Shown here: positions 10,551-25,200 of the stretch, one piece after another
Numbering within the stretch: position 1 is the first letter of the stretch
Layout of the letters: each line of letters opens with the position of its first letter
Origin: Octopus vulgaris
Lineage: Eukaryota
DNA: 64,000 bases
Reading direction: 5' to 3'
Assembly: GCA_951406725.2 (NCBI GenBank)
Contig: OX597815.1
Location: 120,280,001-120,344,000, forward strand
The notes under the pieces: model-generated
The model's input: the letters and a program-made list of their open reading frames with translations, nothing else
The model's database searches: none
What the model was told of the DNA's origin: nothing
Position numbers and translations under genes: made by a program

Positions 10551-13269
10551 TAGTGGTATTTCGTCCATCTTCATGCTCTGAGTTCAAATGCCGACGAGAT
10601 CGACTTTGCGATTCATCCTTTTGGGTTAGATATATAAGTACCAGTTGAGTACTGAGGTCAATCTAATCCACTTATTCCTTCCCCGAAATTGCTGGCTCTG
10701 TGCTAAATTTTGAAATCCATATTTTCCTAACTAATTTTTGTCGAGATTAACAAAAGATCTTTCGTCCGTTATCTGGTTTGAACTGTTGGTGACCCAAAAT
10801 GGTCAGTTAAAAAATAACTTATTTAAACATGACAGTTGACTCTCATAAATTTCTAAGTGCTATTGCCGAGAACAATGGAAAGGAGTTTACAGAAAAATCT
10901 AGACTAAGGTTTCAATCCCTGGCTAAGAACCCAGGAAAACATTGGTTTCAACCGTATAACCTTCAACAATACTCATGAACAATACACAGCTAAACATTGA
11001 CATGCTACACAGTTTAGGCGTCATAACTTTTGATAGCTTTTCAATGTAATCATACATCTATAACATTTTCAAAGTTGTGATCAAAAGGTTTAACTCTTTT
11101 ACAGCTATAAAATGCCTTAGCACTGACCAGTCACTGCTCCAAGTTAAACTGCAACCCACACCCTACTTATTGGCAAGTATTCGATCGCTAATTTATAAAG
11201 CGGCCTGCAGATGCGTTGCTTCCTTTTTGTCTTTTCTACCTATACTGTAATGGCTTAGATTGTTTTTTGAACTAGCAAACTCTATAATATCTCTACATAA
11301 GTGTTCCTCATGCACGCATTCAGTGACGTTGCTAGAGTGTGTGCCATCCGGACAGCCTTTAAGTCTGCCACCTCACCCGCGTTAGGGTCTATACAGCCTG
11401 TACAGGCTTATATAAAAGACCTAGAAGTTCTTCCCATAAAGTGTCGCCCAGGATAGATTGTTCCATCGTCCCCACTCCCAAACTGCACATACCTCTTTTC
11501 CACTCGTTATCCCCATTTTTCAACGCTAAATAGTTTATTCAAACTTTCCAATCCAGAAACTCAGTCTCTGGCGCTCATTAATTTTCGACATTTTCCCACA
11601 TATGTCAATCTCCAGAAGTTCTAACCATGAGCTGCATTGATCTCACCAGTCTGGAAGGACCAAAGACAATACCCTTCTTCTTTCAGTTAAATGAATTATA
11701 ATGAAATCACCCAGTTAGGAAAGACGCGGCATCGTCTGTTGGTCAGTTTTAATTTACTGATTAATATTAAAATTGCATCTTTCTAAGGAGAAAATGAAAA
11801 TATGTTTTGGTCACTAATCGTAGTGATTTTGGTCCTTTGCATTTATCAAACTTCAAAGGATAAGTTTAAATCTACTCACTGTAAAGACATTAATTTCATT
11901 GTCACAGGCATACCTGTGTGGTTAAGGAGTTTGTGATTACATGCTAATCCCATTATGCGGCAACTCAGATAAGTGTCTTCTACTATAGCCCCGGGCCAAC
12001 CAAAGCCTTATGAGTGGATTTGGTAGATGGAAACTGCCAGGAGTTTGTTGTGTGTGTGTGTGTGCAGAGATAGAGGGAGGGGGAAGAGAGAGAAAGAGAG
12101 AGTGAGAGAGGGCAAGCAATCTACATATCCTACTTAACGTGGATGTACTGTAAGAATGCCATAATACTGCAGTGTTCGTCTGGAGAAAACATCTATAGAC
12201 ATGTATCGTTAGTATTTCAATTTACAAAGCTCAGAATCATCAATCCCTCAAGGTGTAATTGGACTTCATCTCTCTACTACATGCTTCTCCCACGGCCAAC
12301 TCTATGTTGGTTGCTCAGGAGATGGAAGCAACAACAATTTATTCATTTGGACACCAACAAAAAATTACGCAATGAATATTGTTTACCTTGAGGTGCTTCA
12401 ACATTGACAGATATTCAGTTCTAAATTCTATTATCATTACAATTTGGATATTTTTAAATAAAATATAGATATTTTGAAATAATTACGAGAAAAAAAATAC
12501 ATCTTCATATCTATTGTTTACTAATCTGAATAAGAACAGCAATAACTCGGGCAATGTCGGGTAATCCAGCTCACCCCACCAGACACTAACCCCAACCCAG
12601 TGAAATACTGTAAAAGTTTGAGGTGTGAAAACATCCGCTTTCAGGAGTGTGAAAAATATGTAAGAGAAAATGAACTTATGGCTGAATATTAGACCGGAGT
12701 ATAATTTTTAAAATACTTTGAAAGAAGACCTGATAGATTGAGAACAGGTGTGTACGCGAGTCAGTTGTGTGCAGCCAGATATGTGAGTGTGAGTGAGAGA
12801 CTCGAACACAGCCATATTCGTTTCCACTGTAAATCGATGTAACGTATGCATGTGGGTAGGTATTGTCTCCAAGATGTTTTCATATTCATGAGAAACTGAA
12901 TGTGGGTTGCATAGCAAACCAATTCAGCTATTTTTCTAGAGTTTGAACGAAAGGAACTGGAGTAGACTATTACTGCCTATAGTAAACAATAGTAAATGCA
13001 TGCTCGTACTGCTAACAGTGAATGCGTATTTTCTAGGTGCTTGAGTTCGTGTTGTGCGTATACTGGGTGCTTGAATTCAAGTTATATGCTCCTGCATATA
13101 CACATGTCGATGTGTGTGTGTGTGTGATGTATACATGTTCAAATGTATGCGTGACTAAGCGGAAAGTAATGGAAATCAGTTTAGAAATACAGTTTTGATG
13201 AAACAGTTTTTTTTTAGAAAAATTTAACTCCTGTACTGGAGATGACCAGTATACTTGCCGACTTTATCT

Positions 13270-13425
13270 CGCTCCTGTCACTGGAGGCATCAGTAGAAGA
13301 ATGCGCTGGTGTTTGATCAGTTTGATCAGGTGGTGAAGTCGACATTGTTTTGACTCAAGGCGAGCCATCTTTAGGCGGTCGATGCTGACTGTTTCTGAAG
13401 ATGAACAATGAGCAAATCTATAAAC
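13270..13425 (-). mobile_element. Possible Gypsy integrase C-terminal remnant
   Basis: ETVSIDRLK motif only. Confidence 0.4.
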
Positions 13426-14294
13426 CTGAGAGTAAAATATAATACATAATAACAACCAAATTTCTTTCAGTTATCAAACCATTTTCTTAAATATAAGAAG
13501 GATCATTGTATTTTGAAAAGCAAATTATAATACAAACACCAACAATATATTAACAACGAAACGATATTGAATTATCGCAAATGATTTAAATATTTATTTC
13601 CAGAAGAGAAACCAGTTGGAAATATTTCATAACATCATGTTCACACGTATGAAAAGCTTATAAATATAATTAGTTATGAAAAGTATAATTCCAGTAAAAA
13701 AATATAAATGTTTGCTTTGTATACAAAATCGAAATTCGATAATAATATTACATGATTCTAAAATGTCAGGAAAAAATGCGTGGAATTTCTATAATATTAT
13801 TGTATTCTTCTTTAATTGTTGTGCCTCCTGTCAGCCACTGTATTGGATTTTGGGTAGGTGACACTTGTTATATTGTTGATGTTGCTGATCCTGTAATAAG
13901 TTTATAATTCGTTTGTGATCTTTGGCTAAAATTTAAACTCAGTTATTAGTGAAATCAGAGACATTTTATCTCTATCAATATTGGCCTTGAGAAAGGCATC
14001 GGCGCTTTGTTCGTTCTTTTCTCTATTCTCAAGAATACAGGATTCGTGCTTATGAGTGAGATTATTCTTTGTAACACTCAGCCTGCATAGTTTCATGTCA
14101 CCAATTTCTTTCGGATGTTATATTAAAAAAAAAAAAGAAAAAGAAAAACCAAAGAAATTGTACCAGTTTAAATCCTGTTTTCTCTCTGAACTACTTCATT
14201 TGAAGATTAACAAACCGATTATAAAGAATTGACACTTTTCAACTGAGAAAACTTACTGCGATTAGTCTTACGAGAAATATTACCGCTTAGGTTA

Positions 14295-14429
14295 TTAGGA
14301 AATTGAAGTATTTTGTTTGTGAATGTTATTTTGTACATTTTTGTCTTGATTCTTCTGATCTTTATTGTTTTTAGTAGTTACGAAACGAGCGTAAAGTTCC
14401 AAAAGGCTGTAACAGAATCTATACTGCTT
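14295..14429 (-). CDS. RPTP last coding exon (D2 Q-loop and tail)
   Basis: Strong polypyrimidine/acag acceptor; [16 protein letters not shown]...TSIS-stop completes the QDMKQYRFCY motif. Not in the ORF track. Confidence 0.88.
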   Translation of the reverse strand, partial: KQYRFCYSLLELYARFVTTKNNKDQKNQDKNVQNNIHKQNTSIS

Positions 14430-15936
14430 CTGTAAAAAGAAAAAAGAAAAAAAGATATAACACAAGATCTCTTCAGCTGGGAAACTGTCGTCACACGGAT
14501 ATTGTTAGAAATTTGAGTAACGTGCAATAATGTGAATCCATAAAATTCGGACATAAAACTAACCTTTGTCTAAAATGTTATCATCTTCACTAGCTGACCC
14601 CGTGCCGTCAAAAATGACGGCTAATTGAAAAAAATTATATATAAATAAGATACAAAATAAGGTACGTAATAATCACACATACAACCATTCACATACTTCC
14701 CTTGTACACGCACTCACATACACACATGTACTCACACAGAGTTGAAACGCTGTTTGATTTTTTCACTGAAGAATTTCCATTATTCCACTACCAGCTTATC
14801 ATCACCCCTTCCTTTCTCATTCAAATGTTGTGAGAGAGAAAACTCGAGAGTATTATTATAGTAGATTTTTATGCTATATCTTTCATCTTTTACTTGTTTC
14901 AGTCATTAGACTGTGCCCATGTTGAGGCACCGCTTTAAAGAAATTTTAGTCGAATGAATCGACCCCAGTTCTAATTATTTTTTTTATAAAAGCCTGGTAC
15001 TTATTCCACCGGCCTTTTTTGCTGAACAGCTAAGTTATTAGGCCGTAAACGCACCAACGCCGGTTGTCAAGTGTGGTGGAGGACAAACAGACAAAAAGAC
15101 ATGTACGTACATAAACATACACGCACATACACAGACACACACGCACGCATGCACGACCGTTTTTGTCAATCAAATCTGCTCACAAGGCTTTGGTCGGCCC
15201 GAGGCTATAGTTGAAGACAATTGCCCAAAGTGGGACTGAACCCGGAACCATGTGATTGGAAAGCAAACTTTTTATCACACAGTCACGCTTATCCTTTAGA
15301 GAAATTAAAGAAGGAAAATTCACATACTTTACATGGTTTTAATATAATTTTTAATAGATCTTGGATTGATTTCAGTTCAGACCTGTGGGCATGTTGGGGC
15401 ACCACCGTTTTGCTATACTGCTATTATTGAGAGCCTCCTCTAATATGTGGAATTTGATGAATAAGGGAGTTTGATGTTGCTACCCTCATTTGAACCTCTT
15501 GCCGCGATGTGTGTTCATCTGGGACTCTCAACAGGAAGAGGTCCAGTTTTAATTTGAAGAAACCCACGTCCACTTTATAGAACACGTATCATATAGAAAC
15601 TCAACAAACTACTAAAGATGGAGGCAAGAAGATGTTAAAAATTTGAAAAGAATTTTATCCATGCATACGATCGTTTCAAACAGCAATATTGACATGTAAA
15701 TAACATGGTAGAAAAAGTTAGAAATTAATTTAATTAAAATAAAATTAATTACATATTACTGTTCTCCTCAATGCGAATAAGAATACATTAAAAAGTAATA
15801 TTATTGTTACGGAAGACTTGTGGAGTGAGCATTACATATTCGGATATACATATTATCTTTATGAAAGATTAAGAGTATGCTAAGATAGTGTTGCTGAGTC
15901 TAGTTGTGTATGAACTAAAACTGGTGTGGCTAACGG

Positions 15937-15995
<59 letters not shown>

Positions 15996-16326
15996 TATAT
16001 GCATATATGGGTATAGGACGTCACCAACAGTAAACAATATAAAATACGAAAGCAAATGAGTTCAATACGCAAACGAGAGAAACAAATGAAAAACAAGACA
16101 TGTAACACAAAGAACGACCCTACATCAGTTGTTGGTTGTCTATCTACTCCTCATTTCGAACACTGGATGACAGTATATTTGTTCTGTTTTTGTTTCCAGC
16201 TGTGACCCTCCATAAATCCAAAATTTTTATTTTGGTACTTTTGGGATTAACTGTCTTCGAAGACTCACATTGTCGTTCAATAGTCGAAATGAGGAGTAGA
16301 TAGACAGACGACAAATGATGAAGGGT

Positions 16327-16367
<41 letters not shown>

Positions 16368-16467
16368 TATATATATATTTATATATATTTATGTATATGC
16401 ATATATATACATATTATTTATATTCTTATTTGATTGAACGCCACGCATCCATTTCAAGTAAGTTTAT

Positions 16468-16507
<40 letters not shown>

Positions 16508-16575
16508 CATATATATGTGTATATATATATATATACATATATATACACACATATATATATACATATATATATATT

Positions 16576-16615
<40 letters not shown>

Positions 16616-17091
16616 TGTATACACACATATATACATATATATATGTATATATATATGTGTGTATATATATATATGTATATATATGTATATATATATGTAT
16701 ATATATATGTATATATATATGTATGTATATATATATATACATGTATATATATATGTATATATGTATATATATATATATATGTATATATATATGCATATAT
16801 ATACGTATATGCATGTATATATATATGTACCGTTGGCGATTTTTTTCCCTCTGTCTTCCCTTCTCGGGATCTTTCCTTCTCCTATGTTTCCGACGAAGAG
16901 CTCCGCTCGAAACGTTAAACCCTCCTTCTTCCCTTCTTTCCTGAGCGTCCAATAATACTATATTTGTTCCACGTCCTCGCGTTGTTGTGTTTTTGTGTTT
17001 TTTTTTTGTATTTTCTTGTTTGGATTAAGTTTATGTATATATATACATGTATATATATACATGTATATATATACATATATATATACATATA

Positions 17092-17180
<89 letters not shown>

Positions 17181-17298
17181 GTGTATATATATATACGCAT
17201 ATATATACATGTATGTATATATGTATACATATAGGTATATATATACATATATATATATACAATTATATATATATACGTATATATACACGTGTATATAA

Positions 17299-17342
<44 letters not shown>

Positions 17343-18356
17343 TCATATATATAAATATAAAAATAGAGCAAAACATTCGGACAGATAGACGATACGAAGG
17401 CGGACATGAAAAACAGCAATTAGAAGGATAGGCAAAAAAAAGACGGGTTATTCTTGGCTTTCTTTCATCAGTCAAGTCCCAGAAGTCACTATCATTTCAG
17501 GCAGTTACACTTGAGATGAGTCGAAACTGGTTACCCCCCAAAAAGTATAAGCTAAGAAAGCTAGTGAATGTGTACGGCAACAAAGACAAAAAAAAATAAT
17601 AATAACTGAGTACATGGTCCACAATTACGAATACAAACAACAAGAAATAACAACAGGCGTCTTTCGAATGAGAACGAATCAAATTGAGCTGGCGTGTATG
17701 AAGTGAAAGCCTAAAGGCAGGAACATGGAAGATGGACACAAGAGGAGTTGGCGGTCGGCAGTCAGGCCAAGAAAGAAAGGTCATGACTGACTGGACACCG
17801 GTCACGTGGAAGGAGGATATATATATTCTTTTATTCTTTTATATATTTCAGCCTTGAGGCTACGGCCATACTGAGTCACCACCATTGTAATCACCTTTCA
17901 ATAGGCCAATTGTATGGGTTTGGCTTCTGATGAGGGAAGGAGGTCGATATCGCTGCCCTCTTTTGAGTTTCCTGCCTTGATATTGGTTCATCTGGGATCC
18001 AAGATAGTAAGAGGTCACGTTGTTTCTTGAAAACATCTACTCCCACTTGATATATACAATAATGTGGCGATCTTTCGATATGAGAACTTCTTAAAGCAGG
18101 TGTATTTATGTTTCTGAAGAAGATCGTCGCTTTCCGTAAGAATTTTTCTTATTTTTTTATATATGTGGGGTGAGGGGAAAGGGGATCTCTTGAAGTTGGC
18201 GTGAAAACGAGACTGAGAGAGCGCGATTGGATCAGGGAAGTTCTTTTGAAGATGGCGTGCCGCGCGCGCGTGTGAGTGTGTGTGTGTTTGATAGGGTATG
18301 CGAGACAGAAAGTGTGGTGTACATGTGAAGCTCTTTTGTTAGTGTGTGTGAAGAAG

Positions 18357-18393
<37 letters not shown>

Positions 18394-18424
18394 TAATGTT
18401 GCTAGTGTGTGTGCATGTGTGTGC

Positions 18425-18460
<36 letters not shown>

Positions 18461-18739
18461 TGACATTTTTTTAATTCACATTTTGTAGTGAGTGAATGTG
18501 TGAGTGATTTACAGATAAAAAAGACAGAGAGAGAGGTTATGTATATATGAATGGCTTCAGTGACAGAAACACACACACACACACACACACAGGCCCTCAT
18601 ACACAAGACATACGTACGTACACCTATTGCATGCATACATGTTCATGTGCGTGTGTATTTACTTTTTTTAGTGAGTGAACGTGTGAGTGATTGACAGAGT
18701 AAAAGAGAGAGAGAGGTTTTTATGTATGTATGAATGTAA

Positions 18740-18770
<31 letters not shown>

Positions 18771-19142
18771 CATAGGTTAGATATATATAAAGTATATATG
18801 TATATATATATATATATATATTGATAGATAGATGTATATATATATATATATATACACAGATGTACATATATATATAAACGTAGATGTATATATATATATA
18901 TATGTATATTGATAGATAGATGTATATATATACATAGACATACACACACAGATGTACATATATATATATATATATAAACGTAGATGTATGTATATATATA
19001 TGTATATATACATGTATATATATATATAGCGGCGTACGTAACTTTGTTCTCTTATATGTTTAAATAAATATGTGTGTATATACACATGTGCCTGTATGTA
19101 CATATATATGTATATATTTATATATATACATACATATATACA

Positions 19143-19236
<94 letters not shown>

Positions 19237-22200
19237 CATCTATGTATGTATATATGTATACATATATACATCTACGTATATATACATATATATATATATA
19301 CATGCATATACATCTATATATGTGTGAGTCACTGAAACCATACACACACAAACATACATACATACATACATACATAAATACTTACATACATACATAGAGA
19401 ACCTCTCTTTCTCTCACTCTCACATACACACACACCACACTTTCTGTCTCGCACAACCCATCAAACACACACACACACACACACATGGTGATATTTATAT
19501 ATGATCAAATGTATGGAAGTGTGGTGTTATATAAAGTCGTTGACTCGAATTTGATGCTTGTTCTCTAATCAATGTTTTTTTTTTATCTCCATCTCAATTA
19601 CATTTGAGCACTTCTTTTCTGCAGTCTTATAAACCCTTTTGTCTCCATAAAAAGAGATAAAAATTATTTCTTGTCGATTCAGTTACCAAATTTTTGTTTG
19701 GTATTTTGCTTGGTTAAAATGAACTTTAATTGTACTAAATAGGCATTATTTTCAAAATTCAAGATATAGAGTAAAAAATGTTGAATTTTGAATGGGGGGA
19801 AAAATTCAACAATATAAGAACTAAAAGGATATTTACCATGTCTTGGATTATTTCTGGTCTCCTTCGTTTTATGTGTTTTACAGTATGGTAAACATCAAAA
19901 AAGTTATCACATTTCCTTTTTTCAATCAAGACGTCAGCCACGCAGAATAAGCCGCTGTTTGTAGCGCCATCTTTGCAATGGACTACAATTGGTTTATGAT
20001 TATTTGTACTTTGCCATTCAGCTACATGCTGGATAAGATAAAGAATATAGTCTCGACAGACTGGTATAAAATTAGGACCTTTCCAATTTTGATATCGATA
20101 AAGTCGAATCTTTCGCACACTTTCTTTTCCAGGTTTTGTTACTTTCAATTGAAACTGTTCCAATATTGAATCATAATCGACAATCCGATTTCCGATTTCA
20201 ACATCGAAATGCTCTGTGCTCCATAACGTACTACCACCGGTAGACATTTTCCAGTAAGAGACACACGTGTCGTTTTTGATATTATTATCCATCATGACAA
20301 TAGTTCTAACATTGTATTCATATATTAATTGCCAAAAGTCACCAAGTGTCTCCTTCATTGGAGTTTGTGTCAGTATGTAATGATTTTTACGACTGCATCC
20401 ATCGAGGAAGACTGCATTAATGTAGGCACCTTTTGCAGACCGTAATATTGGTCGGAAGTTTTCAGGAGGAAGTATCGCCAAAAAACGATTTTTACTTTTA
20501 TTTATCTGCAAACGTCCCGCAATAAATTGATCGTCATCGATTTTCGGAATAAATCGGCACAAGTTATCAAACTGAATTTGTAAAAACTGTTCTAAATATT
20601 GTGGGTTTATATTTTCATAAGTTACATTAAAGTCATATCTATCTTGATACATTTCAAAAACAGCATCATATACGAAGAGGAAATAGGCATAAGGTCTCAA
20701 CGTGAAATTCATAGATTTTCGTATATTCTTTATGACATTGAATAAATTTATACTTCTCTTCTGTCTATATTCTTCTAGCAGGATATCAATAATGATAAAA
20801 GTACCAGTCCGGTTGATGCCCGTGCCACAGTGCACTAGAATTGGGCTCGTGTTTTCAGTGAAAACACGACTTATCTGAAAAACATAATTTTATCAGTAGT
20901 AGTGAAAAATGAAATTTTAAAAACCCTTATAGTTTTAACATGAGATGCATTAAAAATAAGGATAAAATTAATAACATCATTATGTGAAGATTTCAGACAT
21001 TCCTAAGTTTAACAAAAAATATGTGAATTTCTTGTTTGACTTGTATCTACCCAGGTGATTAATCTAATTACAAAGTGGATTATTGAAATTGCAAGTTAAC
21101 GTAACACCATAATGCTAAGCATAATGTCGAAATGCGGTGTTATTTCTTTTAAAGAGATTCGAATTCAAAGAATAAAGATGGATCCCTTAAAATGAAATAT
21201 AAAACTGCTGTTGACTTTGAGATAAGTCCTTTCAAGAGGTAACCGAGAAAGTTTAAATTCTGATAAAAATAATAAGAGACTAAATATTTTTCACTTACAA
21301 GTTCAAGAAGGGGATAATTAACACACAACACCTCTGCATCCCTAATATTATCGAGGAAGGACATAATTGTTTTAGAATTAATGTACTGTAGGAAGAGTTG
21401 TATGTTAAGATTTGGCTAGTATAAATGCATTGGAAGGGATTCCTAAGAGATCGAATACCCAAAAGCAAGGACTGGGTAAAATGCTTATTACGAAGTATGA
21501 ATGACGAGATGAAAAACAAAACAAAACAGTAATCTGAATATCGTTCATGAGACAGGATAAGATAAGATCATGTGTGAGATTATATTATAGGAGAAGAGCG
21601 ATATATTCGGGGTTCCATAAATTTTAGTAAACTGTCTTGGAAAAATACGACGAATATTGATAAAAATATAGAGAAAAACAAAAATTGTTATATTCTAAAA
21701 AGGAATTATGTTTGGAAAATTTTTTAACCGTTTTAAATCGTTCTATTTAATGGTAAATACTAATAAATACTACTGAAAAGAGAAGCTTCAGTAGCTTATT
21801 GAATATAGGTAATTCGGTTTAATGCCAGTAATTCTTCAAACTAAGTTTTAACAGATTCAGATTTCAAAATAAGAAACATAATCATATATCAAAATCGATT
21901 ACTAAAGAGAAAATGGAAACTTTATAATCTTCAATTTTAATTAACAAGATATGTTTAATTATTTAACGTTTAATTAATAGTATAAAATACAGACCCGATC
22001 ATAGTGTTTAATTAAGATATTGCTAAAAACACAGAGAACAAAATTTGCTCAAGAAAATTTCGCTAAAACTGTGTTATATCATTAATAGGATTTCTATAGA
22101 AAAGACTTCTAACATATCTGTTCATTCTTAATACATTCTGGCGGATTTAACCGTGAATGTTTTTCGTCAACCGAGAACATCTCCTTTTTAGACGAGGTGA

Positions 22201-25200
22201 TTCACCGGTATTAGGAGACTATAAACAAGAGCTCGCGCTCTCGTTTGATTCATCGGTCTGCGATGGGTCTTTGACCGAGAAGGCACAAAATAAGATCGAA
22301 ACACTGTGTTGACTCAAAGCTCCAGTACACCGGTGGATCATGTGTATTAAATACATAGTTTCTAAAGGGAAGAGGTGTTTTCTGTAGATGAAATACAACA
22401 TCGATCAGGTATTCACGTTCAAACTTGCCAGAACGTATTAAGAACGGGTTCTTTATTGTTTCGATTCTCGCTGTTCTGTGTGTATCCTGTGAATTATTAG
22501 ATTTCTACCTATCGGCAGACAAAGATATAACACGTCAAGACAGTTATAGTAGTTACTAAATATGAATAAAACTTTTCACATGAGACAAAATCCTTGTACA
22601 GATAAGCCAAAAAAAACAACAACAAAAAAACTCTATGTAAGCGGATGACAAGCTAGAAAAAGCGGTTAGATTCTGTCAAATTAATCATAATTCGCCATCT
22701 TGAAGAAAGAGGAGACATACTGCCCAATTTAGTCGTCGATAGATATGAAGAACAAGCTGATCATGGCTGAAATGCCTTTCACCATAAGTGTGCTTGATCA
22801 GAGGTGACCAAGGGCTAAAGAACTATAACAATCTTGCATAGCCGTCCACTTGGTGGACTATCAGAGTTAGTGTTATTTGGAGAATGAAATATTGTAGTTT
22901 CAGTTATAAGAAATGATTTCGAAAACAATCTAAAAGATGGTCTAAACCAGTGCTCCGCGACCGGTATGCCGCGGCTAGGTGTGCCGCAGTGTTACTTGAA
23001 TATAATTTTTTCTCTATACTTTTAGCTATATTTTTAGTTCAGGCGTGCCGCCGAATTTTGAGAAGGATATAAATGTACCACAAATGAAAAAAGGTTGCGG
23101 AGCACTGGTCTAAACTATATTAGCCATTCTTCTCAAAAGTGTAAAACAAAAAAAATCTATAAAGAAAAAAATGAATGATCGGTACATTGCGGTACTTTTC
23201 TTTTTTTAGAGATGTTGAAGAAATGAAGAGCAAAATATATATTAGCAAAGTTGAAACTAAGATGGTATAAACGATAAGACATTCAGTTAGATATTTTCTC
23301 TCTTCGTAATTTTAATCTATATTGTCAAAACAATCTACAAAATTTAGTTTCTGTCTACCAAATCCACTCACAAAGCTTTGGTCGACCCGGGTTATAGTAG
23401 AAGACACTTGCCTAAGATTCCACGCAGTGGAACTGAACCAGGAAACATATAAATGAGAAGTAAACTTCTTATCATGCAGTAGCATCTACGCCCAATTACA
23501 GAGATATTTAATAAAAGGCTATTTAGATAGAATTTCCCGTCAAGCGGCTGACGATCACGTTTGTTTGATAAACTAACAATGTTTAGTCATATTCCTTTCT
23601 CCCTTGACACAAATGCTATACGCTTTAAGAAACGAGAGTACAAAATTGGGTCATTAATGCATTTCACAAACACTTTAGTGGCGCAAGCAAAATAAATTCA
23701 ACCGGGAATTGATAACACACTTCGGCTTACAATTTGTACCTCGTGCACCTTGATGTTCGCTGTTTTGCTGGTGATACTCAAAGATTTGTGTACTCTTAGA
23801 TTTGATGTGTACAGAAAGAAAAATATTAAGAAAGCAGAAGTGGGGGAAAAAAGACAACTAAATATATGAAAAAAAAAATGAAAGTCAATATAAATAAAAT
23901 TCCCATACCTTTTGATGCATTTCTAACAAAGGAACAGCATTTCGCGAGGTAATACTTTCTGGCCACGAGAAAAACTCAAAAATACACACTTCCTGTACAA
24001 TTTCATTTCCAACACCGACATTAATCGTTGTGATGCTGTAATCAGCGTAGGTTTGTACTGTAATTATCTCCATATTAAATATTTCGAGCCTGAAGTATTC
24101 TCCTGTTAATTGTGGAAAATACTTGGAGCATTTCAACACGTTTTCTTCAACATGTTTTGTTAACATAACCACTATTTTAACTTTATGTTGATAGATGAGT
24201 CTCCAGAAGTCGCAAACAGTTTCTTTGTTAAACGGACTCTGTGCTGCAATGTATTTATATTGCCTCGCCGTCTTATCACATATATAACTAGCATTGATGT
24301 AGGTATTATTTGAACACGTATCTGGTGTTAAAATAACACGGTTTCTATCATAGGGCAGTTTTTGCGGGAAACGGTTCAAACAAGTGTTTTCTTTTTTGCA
24401 GGCCTCTTTAAAATTTGATATGTCCGGAGATGTTTCTGCGTAATAGTTATTCAAAGCATCATATTCTTCACGGAAACTTAAAAACTGGGACTTTTTGTCT
24501 GATTCCTCTCTTTCTAGATTTACAATATCTCCATTTTTATATAACGATGAGTGGTGTTTACCGTTCGGCAAATCATCATGAATTACTAAATGTCTTCGTT
24601 CATTTAAAGAACGAATGGAAGTCCAGTGTTTCTCTAGATCATTGGTGTTTTCTGGAAGGACATAATCTTCAGTCTTAATTGTGAAGATTTCTTTCGGTGA
24701 AGGTTTACACCATCTGTATTTTCGGTAAAGGAAAAATAACAATATTGCAACAATAACAATCAAAAGTATAAAAACTGGAATAAGAATAGCAGCAAGTCCC
24801 AGAGGAGGAGTTGGCACGATTGATTTCGTAGCCCCTTTTGTGCTCGAGAAATTAAATTTTGTAACATTATTTAAGCTACTATATAAAATGTAGAATATTT
24901 GGTAACAGCTATTGTTTGAAAGGGGTGGATTCACTACACCACCGTATATCTTGCTGTCACCAACTTTGAAATTAATCGGGGCATCAAGATACATCGGTGT
25001 GAGTTTTGCTACAAGAGTACCTGGTGGTTGTTTTACTGTCTTATAGTCATTAACATCTTCAGTGCATTTTTCAATATTATCCATTTTATGGACTCTAATA
25101 TCATACCAACTGATAGGCCCTGTAAAAATCGCTGAAGGCCGTAGAATTACTTCAATCAATGTATCAGTGAAGCCGGTTAAAATAGGATGAAGTGGAGCCG

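Noticed and set aside
13593-13598. AATAAA (minus strand) as the RPTP poly(A) signal
   Set aside because: Plausible, but cannot be told from background in AT-rich DNA without 3'-end data.
16391-19375. Many long IY/YI/HT/CV-rich ORFs
   Set aside because: Translations of (TA)n/(CA)n microsatellites.
19759-19836. Hydrophobic tail [12 protein letters not shown] on the PTP ORF
   Set aside because: Read-through into an intron; a GT donor follows QDM and the true last exon is 14295-14429.
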